Source: Planctomycetota bacterium
GTDB lineage: Bacteria; Planctomycetota; UBA1135; UBA2386
Direction: 5' to 3'
Length of the DNA stretch: 64,000 nucleotides
Assembly: GCA_965228735.1 (NCBI GenBank)
Contig: OZ245838.1
Location: 6,176,001-6,240,000, forward strand
In this document: piece after piece, positions 28,701-38,491 of the stretch
How the letters are laid out: each line of letters opens with the position of its first letter
Position numbering within the stretch: position 1 is the first letter of the stretch
Made by a program: the position numbers and the translations under genes
The notes under the pieces: generated by a model
Database searches by the model: none
Seen by the model: the letters and a program-made list of their open reading frames with translations, nothing else
What the model was told of the DNA's origin: nothing

Positions 28701-29317
28701 GAACCGTCTCCGCGTTCGTCGCGCGGCGTCATCGCGGCCTTGAGCTTGCGCAGAGCGCGGCTCAACAGCAGGGCGACGGCGTTGCGGCTGCGACCCATGC
28801 GGTCCGCGACTTCCTGCAGCGCGAGGCCTTCGAACCGCGCGAGCGTGATCACCTCGCGGTCCGCCGGCGCGAGCTCGGCGAGCGCCGCGTCGAGGCGGGC
28901 CTCGGCCTCGGTGCCGATCACGAGCGTGCGCGGGCCGGGCCCTTCGGCAGCCGGCTGCGGACTGCCCCGGCGCGCGGTCGTCGCGCCGGGGCCGACGATC
29001 GGTCGCTCGCGTCGCCGATCCCGCTTGGCCGCGCCGGCGGTGCGGCGCAGGTTCGCGATCCGGTGCAGCGCGACGGTCGCGAGCCAGCGGAAGAACGAGT
29101 CCGGTCCCTGGTACGTGTAGTCGTCGAACTGCCGCGTGGCCTCGAGGTAGGATTCCTGCACGAGGTCGTCGATGTCGGCGTGCGCGAGCGCGCTGCCCGC
29201 GCGCAGCTGGAGCAGCCGCCGCAACCGCGGCCGGCAGCGCGTGAAGAGCTGGTCGAGAGCGTCGGAGTCGCCGCTCGCGGCGTGTTCGACGAGGCTGCGG
29301 CTGTCGCGGATATCCAT
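28697..29317 (-). CDS. ECF RNA polymerase sigma factor (kinase-associated type)
   Basis: DIDDLVQESYLEA, FFRWLATVA, long sigma2-sigma4 linker, region 4 EGLALQEVADRMGRSRNAV. Confidence 0.92.
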   Translation of the reverse strand: MDIRDSRSLVEHAASGDSDALDQLFTRCRPRLRRLLQLRAGSALAHADIDDLVQESYLEATRQFDDYTYQGPDSFFRWLATVALHRIANLRRTAGAAKRDRRRERPIVGPGATTARRGSPQPAAEGPGPRTLVIGTEAEARLDAALAELAPADREVITLARFEGLALQEVADRMGRSRNAVALLLSRALRKLKAAMTPRDERGDGS

Positions 29318-29429
29318 GAGGTGGCGGGCGCCTCGGCGCCTGCCCGTGCAATGTAACCGGCGTCGCCGATGTGTCGCAGAAACCGGGTGGGGGCGGAGGA
29401 AGGGCCGATGCCGCGGGCCGCAGGCCGGC

Positions 29430-30116
29430 TCACAGGCCGCCCGGGAGGCTCGCGAGGAACGGCAGTTCGATGGCCGGCGGCCAGATCTGGATGCCGAAGC
29501 CGACGCCGAACAGGCGCAGTTCGACGCCCTCGAGCAGGCCGATCTCGACGCCGAGCGGCAGGGTGTCGACGGCTATGCCAGTGCCGCGGGTCGTCAGGCC
29601 GGCGTCGAACCACGTCGTGAAGTTCTTGCCGAGCGCGGTGTGCGGCAGGCTCACCGGCATGTCGACCTCGTGCGCGAGCCACGCGAGGAACGAGTTGCTG
29701 TTGGGACCCGGCCAGGCGCGGTATCGCGTGGCGCACGGATAGCCGGCGGCGCGCGCCTGGATGGCCGCCGCGATCCGGCGCGCCCGGTCGCCGGTGAACG
29801 AGCGGTGTACCGCGACGTTCTGTTCCCAGCGCAGATCCTCGAACGCGGTGCCCGCCGTGATCGGGTGCATCAGCACGTGGTCGACGTCGTTCCACTCGGC
29901 GCGCTGCCAGTCGCCGCCGTGCTTGTAGTCGACCCAGAGGTGTTCGGCCCAGCGCGTGTACCACGGCAGCCACGAGCGGTCGGGAATTCGGCACGACTTG
30001 ACCATCACGAGCTCGGGGCTGTCCGTAATGGTCGACGGTCGCACGGCGCAGCCGCTCGCGAGGGCCGACGCGAGCAGCAGCGCGAGCAATCGACTGACGA
30101 TGCCGTGTGCGGTCAT
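29430..30116 (-). CDS. DUF3750-like lipoprotein
   Basis: Lipobox LASGC. HLW and YRAWPGPNSNSFLAW...LPHTALGK motifs. Confidence 0.75.
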   Translation of the reverse strand: MTAHGIVSRLLALLLASALASGCAVRPSTITDSPELVMVKSCRIPDRSWLPWYTRWAEHLWVDYKHGGDWQRAEWNDVDHVLMHPITAGTAFEDLRWEQNVAVHRSFTGDRARRIAAAIQARAAGYPCATRYRAWPGPNSNSFLAWLAHEVDMPVSLPHTALGKNFTTWFDAGLTTRGTGIAVDTLPLGVEIGLLEGVELRLFGVGFGIQIWPPAIELPFLASLPGGL

Positions 30117-30150
30117 GGCACCTGCTATAACGACCCGCCGGAGACTTCCC

Positions 30151-30975
30151 ATGCATCCCACCGCGCCAGTTCTGTTGCTTTTCGCCCTTGTCGTCGTCGC
30201 TTGCGAGGCCCCGCGGGTCTCGGTGAACGGCGACACCGACATGGCCGCCGCCGCGTCGCCGCCGGCGCAAAGACCCACCGAGCAGGGCCGAACCGAGCAG
30301 GATCCCACCGAGAAGGCCACGAACGAGGCGGCGAGCCAGCAGGCCAAGAAGAGCGCGGAGCAGGATCCGGCGAAGAAGGCGCGGCAGCAGCAGCGCGAGC
30401 TGCAGAAGAAGCGCCGCGAGGTCGAGCGCCTCGCGCTCGCGCACCGCGTGGCCGAACTCGAGCGTCGTGGCAAGCAGGTCGCGGCCCGGGCCGCGCACGA
30501 GAAGGCCGAGAAGGCGCTCGTGCTCGCGAAGAGCGAGCTCGAACACTTCCTCGGCGAGGTCCGGCCGCGCGAGATCGAGGAGCACCAGATCCGCCTCGAT
30601 CGCGCCACGCACCGGGCGGATCACGCCAAGGACGAGTTCGACGAGCTCACCGCGATGTACGAGGCCGACGAGTTCGCGAAGGCGACGAAGGAGCTCGTGC
30701 TGAAGCGCGGGCGGCGATCGCAGGAGATGGCGGCGCGCGACCTCGCGGTCACGAAGCGCAAGCTCGAGGCGTTCCGGAAGTTCGAACTGCCGAAGCGCGA
30801 GACCGACCTGCGCCAGAAGGTCGCGGACGCGGAGCGCGCGGTGCAGAAGGCCGCGTTCGACCTCGAGAAGCTCGAGATCGAGTTCGAGCTCGCGCGCCTG
30901 CGCGAGCGCGACAAGGTCAGCGACCTCGAGGCCGAGATCGCGGAGCTCGTCGAGCAGACCGAGGGCAAGTCGTGA
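30151..30975 (+). CDS. Coiled-coil lipoprotein
   Basis: Lipobox VVVAC followed by a long E/K/R/A-rich heptad region. Confidence 0.75.
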   Translation: MHPTAPVLLLFALVVVACEAPRVSVNGDTDMAAAASPPAQRPTEQGRTEQDPTEKATNEAASQQAKKSAEQDPAKKARQQQRELQKKRREVERLALAHRVAELERRGKQVAARAAHEKAEKALVLAKSELEHFLGEVRPREIEEHQIRLDRATHRADHAKDEFDELTAMYEADEFAKATKELVLKRGRRSQEMAARDLAVTKRKLEAFRKFELPKRETDLRQKVADAERAVQKAAFDLEKLEIEFELARLRERDKVSDLEAEIAELVEQTEGKS

Positions 30976-32141
30976 CGATCGGGGTCGGTTGCGCGACGGT
31001 GACCCGGGCGCTCGCGCTGGTCGTGGGCCTTTGTGGCGCTCTGGGCGCGCAGGATGACAAGGCCGTCGATCGCACGTCGAAGGCCGCCGCGCGCGCGGCC
31101 GTCGACAAGACGATCGACTTCTTCGTGCGCACGCAGAACCACGACGGCAGCTGGGGCAGCAAGTCGTGCGAGATCACGTTCGAGATGACGTTCGCGGTCG
31201 AGACGCAGTACGCGTGGGCGGTCGCGGCGCACGCGCTCGTCACGATGATGCTGCTCGAGGCCCCCGAGACGCCGGAGCGGCGCGCGGCGCTCGACAAGGC
31301 CGTGCGCTGGCTGACGCGCAGTCGCATGACCAAGCGCGGCAGCACGTGGGACAACGATGCCGTCTGGGGCTGGCTCTACGGCGCCGTCGCGATGACCGCG
31401 GTCAGCAAGGACGAGCGGTACCAGGGCGACGAGTGGCGCGAGCACGTGCACGGCCGCGGTCGCGCGATCGTCGGCTGGCTCGAGAAGAACCAGGAGCCGA
31501 CGGGTGGCTTCGGCTACTACGACGACCCGCCGTACACCCGGCGACCGAAGTGGGGGACGAGCTTCTCCACGGGGCTCGTCGTGCCCGCGCTCGGTGACGC
31601 GTTGCGGCTCGGTTGGCTCGAGGACGAGGCGACCAAGGAGCGGGCGATGAACTACCTGCGCAAGTGTCGGTTGCCCAACGGCGCGGTGTCGTACGACCTC
31701 ACGCCCGTGCCGCGCATCAACGGCGGCGAGCACATCAACGACGTCAAGGGCAGCCTCGGCCGCATCCAGGTCTACAACTGGGCGCTGCGCACCGTCGGCG
31801 ACGAACGCGTCACGGACGCGATGATTCGCACCGGCCTCGAGCAGTTCTTCGAGCACCACCGCTTCCTCGCCGTCGCGCGCATGCGGCCGTACCCGCACGA
31901 GGCCTACTACGCCAACGCGGGCTACTTCTTCTACTTCGGCCACTACTACGCGGCGCTCGCGATCGAGCTGCTGCCGGCAGGCGAACGCGAGGCGTTCCGC
32001 GAGCAGCTGCGCGACAAGCTCATCGAGACGCAGCGCGCGGACGGCACGTACTGCGACTTCCTCGGCATCAGCTACATGGTCAACTCGTCGAGCGCGTTCG
32101 CGGCGCTCGCGATGCTGGCCGGGCTGCAGAACGAGGACTGA
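30972..32141 (+). CDS. Secreted prenyltransferase/squalene-oxidase-repeat (alpha/alpha toroid) protein
   Basis: GTGA overlap. QNHDGSW, QEPTGGFGY and QRADGTY QW-like motifs. Confidence 0.75.
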   Translation: MTIGVGCATVTRALALVVGLCGALGAQDDKAVDRTSKAAARAAVDKTIDFFVRTQNHDGSWGSKSCEITFEMTFAVETQYAWAVAAHALVTMMLLEAPETPERRAALDKAVRWLTRSRMTKRGSTWDNDAVWGWLYGAVAMTAVSKDERYQGDEWREHVHGRGRAIVGWLEKNQEPTGGFGYYDDPPYTRRPKWGTSFSTGLVVPALGDALRLGWLEDEATKERAMNYLRKCRLPNGAVSYDLTPVPRINGGEHINDVKGSLGRIQVYNWALRTVGDERVTDAMIRTGLEQFFEHHRFLAVARMRPYPHEAYYANAGYFFYFGHYYAALAIELLPAGEREAFREQLRDKLIETQRADGTYCDFLGISYMVNSSSAFAALAMLAGLQNED

Positions 32142-32155
32142 CGCGCCCGAGCGCG

Positions 32156-33262
32156 CTACGGTGCGACGGCGACGGCGGGGGTCGAGAGCGACACGCCCGC
32201 GCTGCCGAGCAGCGCGGTCTGCAGCACCGCGGTCGTGCCGGGCGGCAGGCTCGGGTGCAGCAGCGTGCTCGTGTGCGTGCCGGTCGCCGGGAACGTGCCG
32301 GCCGCGACGACTGCGGTGGCCGTGGGGTCGAGCCACGCCCAGCCGGCGTTCGTCGGCTGCAGCGGCGCCGGCAGGCCGATCAAGGTGAGGAACGGCGCCC
32401 CGGCCGGGCCGGCCGCGACCATCGTCAGGGTCGTGCCGTCCGTGCGGGCGCGCTGGAACCCGAACTCGAACGGCACGACGGTCGCCGTGCCGCTGACGGC
32501 CGGGGCGGCGCCGGTCGGCTGCAGGACGGCGCTCGGGTCGACGAGCACCGCGCCGCCGATCGTCGCGATCGCCGGGTTGTTCTGGCCGGTCGCGCGAACC
32601 GTGCTGTCCGCGATCGCGAGCTCGCCGTGCGTCAGCGAGATCGCGTTGCTCGCGAGAACGCTGACGCCGCCCCGCAACGATGAGCCGACCACGGCCGCGC
32701 GGCCGCCGCGAACCGTGAGCGACCAGAACGACTCGGGGTCGAACACGCAGCTCTCGATCGTCGTGTTGCAGTTCTCGAGCAGCGCCGTGCGGAAGATCGA
32801 ACTCGAGACGTGGACCTGCGCCGAGTTGCGCGCCGTGAGCCGCCAGATGCGCAGCCCCGATTGGCCGAGGTCGTGCAGGTGCACGGCGCCGGCGCAGTCG
32901 AGCACTTCGACCTGGCGGTCGAGGGCGAACGAGCCCGATTGCGGCGTGAACCCCGCGACCGTGACCGACTCGCCGAGCGGGACGTCGCGGATCCGCAGGG
33001 GCTGCAGCAACACACCCTGCTCGAGCCGGGCAGAGCGGCCGATGAGCGCGATGCCCTTGTCGATCGTCAGGTTCTCGGTCCAGGAGCCGCCGTTCACGAG
33101 CACCGTGTCCCCGGGGCTCGCGGCCGTGATCGCCGCCGCGATCGTCGGGAACGTGCCGCCCGCTCCGACGACCAGGGTCTGCTGCGCCGCCAGCGACGCG
33201 GTCGAGCCGGCGACCGCGACGAGGCCCAGGTGGAGGAGTGCGATTCGGAACGATCGGATCAT
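32156..33262 (-). CDS. Secreted beta-helix-like protein with C-terminal lineage-type domain
   Basis: Signal peptide. FPTIAAAITAASPGDTVLVNGGSWTENLTIDK is typical of pectin-lyase-fold N-termini. Confidence 0.75.
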   Translation of the reverse strand: MIRSFRIALLHLGLVAVAGSTASLAAQQTLVVGAGGTFPTIAAAITAASPGDTVLVNGGSWTENLTIDKGIALIGRSARLEQGVLLQPLRIRDVPLGESVTVAGFTPQSGSFALDRQVEVLDCAGAVHLHDLGQSGLRIWRLTARNSAQVHVSSSIFRTALLENCNTTIESCVFDPESFWSLTVRGGRAAVVGSSLRGGVSVLASNAISLTHGELAIADSTVRATGQNNPAIATIGGAVLVDPSAVLQPTGAAPAVSGTATVVPFEFGFQRARTDGTTLTMVAAGPAGAPFLTLIGLPAPLQPTNAGWAWLDPTATAVVAAGTFPATGTHTSTLLHPSLPPGTTAVLQTALLGSAGVSLSTPAVAVAP

Positions 33263-33593
33263 GGCGACTCGTCTCGGTGCTCGAGTTGGCTGGCCGGGGC
33301 TCGGTGGACCGACTCGCAGCCGGGACCGGGCCGCGCGACGGGTTGGCCGCAGCGACCACTCTACGACAGACGTCGAATCGCGGTTGCCGTCACGCGCCGA
33401 GCCCGCATGAACCGGGCGGGCTGGCGCGACGGACGGGCGGCGGATCCGGCGGCGGCCGGCCGCGGCCGTTTCCGAGCCGCTGAATCGCTCGGAATTCGTT
33501 GCCGGGCCAGCGGTTCGTCTTATTGTCCCCCGGCTCCGCCCGGGCCCCGGACCCGGACCGAGGACCGTTCTGGAGACGTCCGTTCCGCTCGCT

Positions 33594-34496
33594 TTGCGTC
33601 AAACCGTCCACATCGATCAGCCGGAGTCCGGCCACGGCGAACGCCAATCGGGTGACCGCAGCCGGGCCGACCGGCCTGCCGTCGAGCTCGGGGGCGACTC
33701 GTTCGCCGTGATCGGCGGGCCGTGCGCCGTCGAGTCGCGCTCGCAGCTCATGACGGTGGCCACCGCGGTCGCCGGCGCGGGTGCGGCGCTGCTGCGGGGC
33801 GGCGCGTTCAAGCCGCGGACCTCGCCGGAGTCGTTCCAGGGCCTCGGGCGCGAAGGGCTCGAGCTGCTCGCGGAAGCGTCGCGAGCGACGGGTCTGCCGG
33901 TCGTGACCGAGGTGCTCGACCCGCGCGACGTCGAGCTCGTCGCTCGGCACGCGGCCATGCTGCAGGTCGGCAGCCGCAACATGCAGAACACGCCGCTGCT
34001 GCGCGAGGTCGGCAGGTCCGGGTTGCCCGTGCTGCTGAAGCGCGGTGCGGCCGCGACGCTCGAGGAGCTCGTGCTCGCCAGCGACTACATCCGCCGCGAG
34101 GGCAACGATCGCGTCGTGCTCTGCGAACGCGGTGTGCGCTCTTTCGACCCGGCAACGCGCTATCTGCTCGATCTCGCGGCGGTGCCCGCGCTGCGCGCGC
34201 TCACCGACCTGCCGATCATCGTCGACCCGAGCCACGGCACGGGGCGCGCCGAACTCGTCGCGCCGATGGCCAGGGCCGCGCTCGCCGCCGGTGCGGATGG
34301 CCTGATGATCGAGGTGCACGCCGATCCCGCGGCCGCGCTCAGCGACGGTCCGCAGGCGATGCGACCCGCCGAGTTCGCCGATCTGCTGGTCGAACTGCGG
34401 CGCCTCGCGCCACTACTACAGCGACGTTGGGTGCGGGCCCTGAGCAGGGACCGGGCGACGTCGCGCCCTCTCGACGACGAGGTCATCGCGCCGTGA
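33594..34496 (+). CDS. aroF: 3-deoxy-7-phosphoheptulonate (DAHP) synthase, type I-beta
   Basis: [32 protein letters not shown] and DPSHGTG motifs. Start uncertain. Confidence 0.93.
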   Translation: MRQTVHIDQPESGHGERQSGDRSRADRPAVELGGDSFAVIGGPCAVESRSQLMTVATAVAGAGAALLRGGAFKPRTSPESFQGLGREGLELLAEASRATGLPVVTEVLDPRDVELVARHAAMLQVGSRNMQNTPLLREVGRSGLPVLLKRGAAATLEELVLASDYIRREGNDRVVLCERGVRSFDPATRYLLDLAAVPALRALTDLPIIVDPSHGTGRAELVAPMARAALAAGADGLMIEVHADPAAALSDGPQAMRPAEFADLLVELRRLAPLLQRRWVRALSRDRATSRPLDDEVIAP

Positions 34497-35257
34497 CGAA
34501 TCGTTCTCGCAAGCCGTACATCGCCGGCAACTGGAAGATGAACCTCGACCGCGCGCGGTCGCTCGACCTGATCAAGACGATCAAGGGGCGGCTCGGCGAC
34601 GGCGGTGATCGCGAGGTCGCGTTCTTCGCGCCCGCGATCTACCTCGCGGACGTCGCGGCCGTCGCGCAGGGTTCGCCGCTCGGGATCGGCGGGCAGAACA
34701 TGTGGTACGAACAGAACGGCGCCTACACCGGCGAGCTCGCACCGCGCATGCTGCGCGAGGTCGGCGCCGATCGCGTGCTGGTCGGCCACAGCGAGCGCCG
34801 CTACGTGTTCAAGGAGCCCAACGACTGGATGGGGCGCAAGGTGCGCGCCGCGCTCGACAGCGACCTGCTGCCGATCTACTGCGTCGGCGAGACGATCGAC
34901 GAGCGCAAGGCCAATCGCACGGACCGCGTGATCAAGAAGCAGCTCGACGCGGGCTTCGAGCAGGTCAAGGCCGTGGATGCCCACCGGCTCACGATCGCCT
35001 ACGAGCCGGTCTGGGCGATCGGCACGGGCGAGACCGCGACGGCCGAGCAGGTCGAGGCGGCGCACCGCACGATCCGCAAGTGGATGACCCAGCGGGTCGG
35101 CGAGGAGGCCGCCACGGTGCGGATCCTCTACGGCGGCAGCGTGAAGCCGACCAATGCCAAGGAGCTCATGGCCATCGACGAGGTCGACGGCCTGCTCGTC
35201 GGCGGGGCCAGCATGGCCGCCGATACGTTCCTCCCCATCATCGAATACGATCGCTGA
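34493..35257 (+). CDS. tpiA: Triosephosphate isomerase
   Basis: [30 protein letters not shown] and LVGGAS motifs. Confidence 0.98.
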   Translation: MTNRSRKPYIAGNWKMNLDRARSLDLIKTIKGRLGDGGDREVAFFAPAIYLADVAAVAQGSPLGIGGQNMWYEQNGAYTGELAPRMLREVGADRVLVGHSERRYVFKEPNDWMGRKVRAALDSDLLPIYCVGETIDERKANRTDRVIKKQLDAGFEQVKAVDAHRLTIAYEPVWAIGTGETATAEQVEAAHRTIRKWMTQRVGEEAATVRILYGGSVKPTNAKELMAIDEVDGLLVGGASMAADTFLPIIEYDR

Positions 35258-35291
35258 GCGCGCTCGACCGCGCTATCATCCGACCCGACCC

Positions 35292-35528
35292 ATGGCCGTT
35301 TTTCTGTACTACGCTGGCTGGCTGGCCTTCTTCGCCTCTGCCGTTCTGCTCGTCATCATCGTCCTGCTGCAGGAGTCGAAGGGTGGCGGACTCGCCGAGG
35401 CGTTCGGCGGCACCGGGGCCGAGACCTTCGGCGTGAAGAGCGGCGGCATCAGCCGCTTCACGTTCCTGATCGCCGCGATCTTCTGCGGCTCCGCGATCCT
35501 GATCTCGTCGACCTGGAACGCCGCGTAA
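35292..35528 (+). CDS. secG: Preprotein translocase subunit SecG
   Basis: VLLQESKGGGLAEAFGG, two TMs, conserved position after tpiA. Confidence 0.95.
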   Translation: MAVFLYYAGWLAFFASAVLLVIIVLLQESKGGGLAEAFGGTGAETFGVKSGGISRFTFLIAAIFCGSAILISSTWNAA

Positions 35529-35534
35529 CCGGCC

Positions 35535-36464
35535 ATGCCGGCGAGCATGACCGGCGTCGGTCTGGCCGCGGGCCCGACCGAGATCGGCGAGCTGCGCATC
35601 GAGGTGCGCACGGTCAACGGCCGCTCGCTCGCGATCAAACTGCGGCTCTCGCCGGTCTGTGCCGGCTTCGAGGCCGCCATCGAGCAGGCCGTGCGGGCCC
35701 GCCTGTCGCGCGGCACCGCGATCATCGTGGTCGAGCACGTCGCCGGCGCGACGGCCGGCCTCGACCGTGACGCGGTGCAGCGCGCGGCGAGGGAGCTGAC
35801 CGAAGCCGCGAAAGCCGCGGGCCTGCCGGGTCCGACCCTCGCCGACGTGCTCGCGTGGGCCGCGCCGACGGGCGGGCACAAAGAACCGTCGACCTCGCGT
35901 CCGCTGCCGCCGCAGGTCGAAGCCCTGTTGAAGACCGCGCTCGACGAACTGCAGCGTTGCCGCGCCGCCGAGGGCGACGGCACCGCGACGGCGATGCGCG
36001 CGGAGCTCGCCGAGTTCGAGAACGGACTGCACGCGGCCGAGCAGCGCTCGCCGCAGCTCGTGGCCCACTATCGCGATCGCCTGCTCGCGCGGGTGCAGGA
36101 GTTCGTGCAGCAGCACGTCGAGGGCGGCGTGCCGGCCGTCGATCTCGTGCGCGAGGTCGCGATCCACGCCGACCGCGTCGACGTCGCCGAGGAGTTCCAG
36201 CGCCTGCGCGCGCACCTCGCCGAGTTCCGCGCGATCTTGGACGGCGGCGATGGCGGCAGCGGCGCGGCGGGCGGCGGGAGCGGCGGTGCGGCAGCGAAGC
36301 CCGGCGCGCCAGTCGGTCGCCGCCTCGAGTTCCTGCTCCAGGAGCTGCTGCGCGAGACCAACACGCTGGGCTCCAAGTCGCCCGACACCGAGCTTTCCCA
36401 TACAGTCGTCGGCATGAAGTCGAGCATCGACCGGCTCAAGGAGCAGGTCGCCAACCTCGAGTAG
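35535..36464 (+). CDS. yicC: YicC/YloC-family endoribonuclease
   Basis: SMTG, EVRTVNGR, DVAEEFQRL, GRRLEFLLQELLRETNTLGSK and EQVANLE motifs. Confidence 0.93.
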   Translation: MPASMTGVGLAAGPTEIGELRIEVRTVNGRSLAIKLRLSPVCAGFEAAIEQAVRARLSRGTAIIVVEHVAGATAGLDRDAVQRAARELTEAAKAAGLPGPTLADVLAWAAPTGGHKEPSTSRPLPPQVEALLKTALDELQRCRAAEGDGTATAMRAELAEFENGLHAAEQRSPQLVAHYRDRLLARVQEFVQQHVEGGVPAVDLVREVAIHADRVDVAEEFQRLRAHLAEFRAILDGGDGGSGAAGGGSGGAAAKPGAPVGRRLEFLLQELLRETNTLGSKSPDTELSHTVVGMKSSIDRLKEQVANLE

Positions 36465-36485
36465 GTCCGCATTTCTCCCCGTTCC

Positions 36486-37073
36486 ATGACGAATGGCCCA
36501 GGCAAGCTGGTCGTGATCTCGGGCCCGTCGGGGGCCGGCAAGACGTCCGTCTGTCGGGCGCTCAAGCAGCTGCCGGGGGTCGAGTTCTCGATCTCGGCGA
36601 CGACGCGCGCGCCGCGGCCCGGTGAGCAGAACGGCGTCGACTATCACTTCCTCGCGAAGGCGGACTTCGAGGCGCGGGTCGGCCGCGGTGAGTTCCTCGA
36701 ATGGGCCGACTACAACGGCCGGCTCTACGGCACGCTGCGCGCGCCGATGACGGATGCGCTCGCGCGCGGCAAGGTGTACCTGCTCGAGATCGAGGTCGCG
36801 GGCACCCGGCAGCTGCGCGAGGGTGCGGTCGACGGGCTCTACGTGTTCATCGCGCCGCCGAGCATCGATGAGCTGCGCCGCCGCCTCGTGGCGCGGGCGA
36901 CCAACGCCGAGACCGAGATCGAGCAGCGCGTCGCGATCGCCGTGGCCGAGATCGAGGCCGCGCGCGGATCGGTGAACGATCGCCCGCTCTACGACCACAC
37001 GATCGTCAACGACGACCTCGAGGCGACGATCCGGCGCGTCACCGAACTGATCACGCCGGCCGAGGCGAGGTAG
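36486..37073 (+). CDS. gmk: Guanylate kinase
   Basis: SGPSGAGKT, SATTRAPRPGE and FLEWA...YGT motifs. Confidence 0.97.
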   Translation: MTNGPGKLVVISGPSGAGKTSVCRALKQLPGVEFSISATTRAPRPGEQNGVDYHFLAKADFEARVGRGEFLEWADYNGRLYGTLRAPMTDALARGKVYLLEIEVAGTRQLREGAVDGLYVFIAPPSIDELRRRLVARATNAETEIEQRVAIAVAEIEAARGSVNDRPLYDHTIVNDDLEATIRRVTELITPAEAR

Positions 37074-37091
37074 ATGGAGGCGGGGTAGATG
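37062..37091 (+). repeat. 15-bp tandem duplication of the gmk stop / coaC start junction
   Basis: GAGGCGAGGTAGATG followed by GAGGCGGGGTAGATG. Confidence 0.85.
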
Positions 37092-37628
37092 AACGTCCTG
37101 CTCGGCGTCGGCGGCGGCATCGCCGCGTACAAGATGGCCTGGGTCGCGAGTCGGCTCGTGCAGCGCGGCGACGAGGTGCGCGTCGCGATGAGCGCGGCGG
37201 CGACGCAGTTCATCGGGCCCGTCACGTTCGCCGGCCTGACCGGCCGGCCGCCGATCCTGTCGTCGACGCAGACCGATCCCGACGGCTCGGTGCCGCACAT
37301 CGACGCCGCGGCGTGGGCCGACGTCTATCTCATCGCCCCGGCGACGGCCGATCTGCTCGCGACGCTCGCGATGGGTGGTGCCGGCGACCCCGTGGCGCTG
37401 CTCGCGATGACGTGCCGCTGTCCGCTCGTGCTCTGCCCCGCGATGAACGACGCGATGTGGCAGGCGCCCGCGGTGCAGCAAAACGTCGAGCGGCTGCGGG
37501 CGCGGTCGGTGGAGTTCCTCGGCCCCGTCGTCGGCCATCTCGCCGAGGGCTACGATGCGATCGGTCGCATGGTCGAGCCCGAGGAGATCCTCGCGAAGCT
37601 CAGCGCGCTCGGCGCGAACGGTTCGTGA
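37089..37628 (+). CDS. coaC: Phosphopantothenoylcysteine decarboxylase (stand-alone CoaC flavoprotein)
   Basis: GGGIAAYK, APATAD, PAMNDAMW and GRMVEPEEI motifs. No CoaB domain. Confidence 0.88.
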   Translation: MNVLLGVGGGIAAYKMAWVASRLVQRGDEVRVAMSAAATQFIGPVTFAGLTGRPPILSSTQTDPDGSVPHIDAAAWADVYLIAPATADLLATLAMGGAGDPVALLAMTCRCPLVLCPAMNDAMWQAPAVQQNVERLRARSVEFLGPVVGHLAEGYDAIGRMVEPEEILAKLSALGANGS

Positions 37629-38491
37629 CCGGGCCGGCGGTTTCGGCCTGGCGGCTGGCGGGTTCGCCCACAGCACTCCGCACAGCACTCGATCGACTGC
37701 ACGTCCACGCCGACGTGCGCGGCGTCGACGAAGGGGTCTCGCCGGCGTCATCGAGCGCCGTGGTCGAGGAATCGCCCAACGAAGTCACGGTCTACGTCGC
37801 GGGGCCGCTCCCGCCGCTGCCAGCAGATCTCGGCGTCACGGTCACCGCGGCCGCGATGCCGGATCCGGATGTCGTCGTCACCGGCCTCGAGAACGATCGC
37901 GCGATCGTGCTCGCGCCCGACCTCGTCGTGCGACCGCCGTGGGTCGAATCGCCGTTCTCGCCCGCTGAGTTCCGCGGCGTCGAGCTCGTCGTGCCGCGCC
38001 GCAACGCGTTCGGCAGCGGCGAGCACGACAGTACCCAGGCAGCACTCCTGCTGCTGCACGAGCTGTGGTGCGGTTCGAGCACCTGCGCGGACGTCGGCAC
38101 GGGCTCCGGCATCCTGCTCGCCTACGCCGCAGCGCGCGGTTGTCCGGCGCTCGCCGGCTGCGACATCGACCCGGTCGCGATGGGGGCCGCCCGCGAGCTG
38201 CTGCCGAACGCGACGCTCACGGTCGGCGGCCCCGAGGTCCTGGCGCCGGCGGCGTGCGTGATCGCCAACCTCAACGGGCAGGAGCTCCGCACAGCGTTGC
38301 CCGCGATCCTCGCGCTCTGGAACGGCGACGGCCCGCTCGTGCTCAGCGGCATGCGCGGCCCGGCCGAGGTCGAGCCGATCCGTTCGCGGGTCGGGCGGCC
38401 GCCGGATCGCGAGCTCGAACGCGGCGCGTTCACCGCGCTCGGCTATCGGCCGGTCGCAGGCGGCGACGGCGGCGGCGGCGAAACGAGGTAG
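37625..38491 (+). CDS. prmA: Ribosomal protein L11 methyltransferase-like
   Basis: VRPPW, AFGSGEHDST, DVGTGSGIL, DIDPVA, IANL and LVLSG motifs. Confidence 0.8.
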   Translation: MTGPAVSAWRLAGSPTALRTALDRLHVHADVRGVDEGVSPASSSAVVEESPNEVTVYVAGPLPPLPADLGVTVTAAAMPDPDVVVTGLENDRAIVLAPDLVVRPPWVESPFSPAEFRGVELVVPRRNAFGSGEHDSTQAALLLLHELWCGSSTCADVGTGSGILLAYAAARGCPALAGCDIDPVAMGAARELLPNATLTVGGPEVLAPAACVIANLNGQELRTALPAILALWNGDGPLVLSGMRGPAEVEPIRSRVGRPPDRELERGAFTALGYRPVAGGDGGGGETR

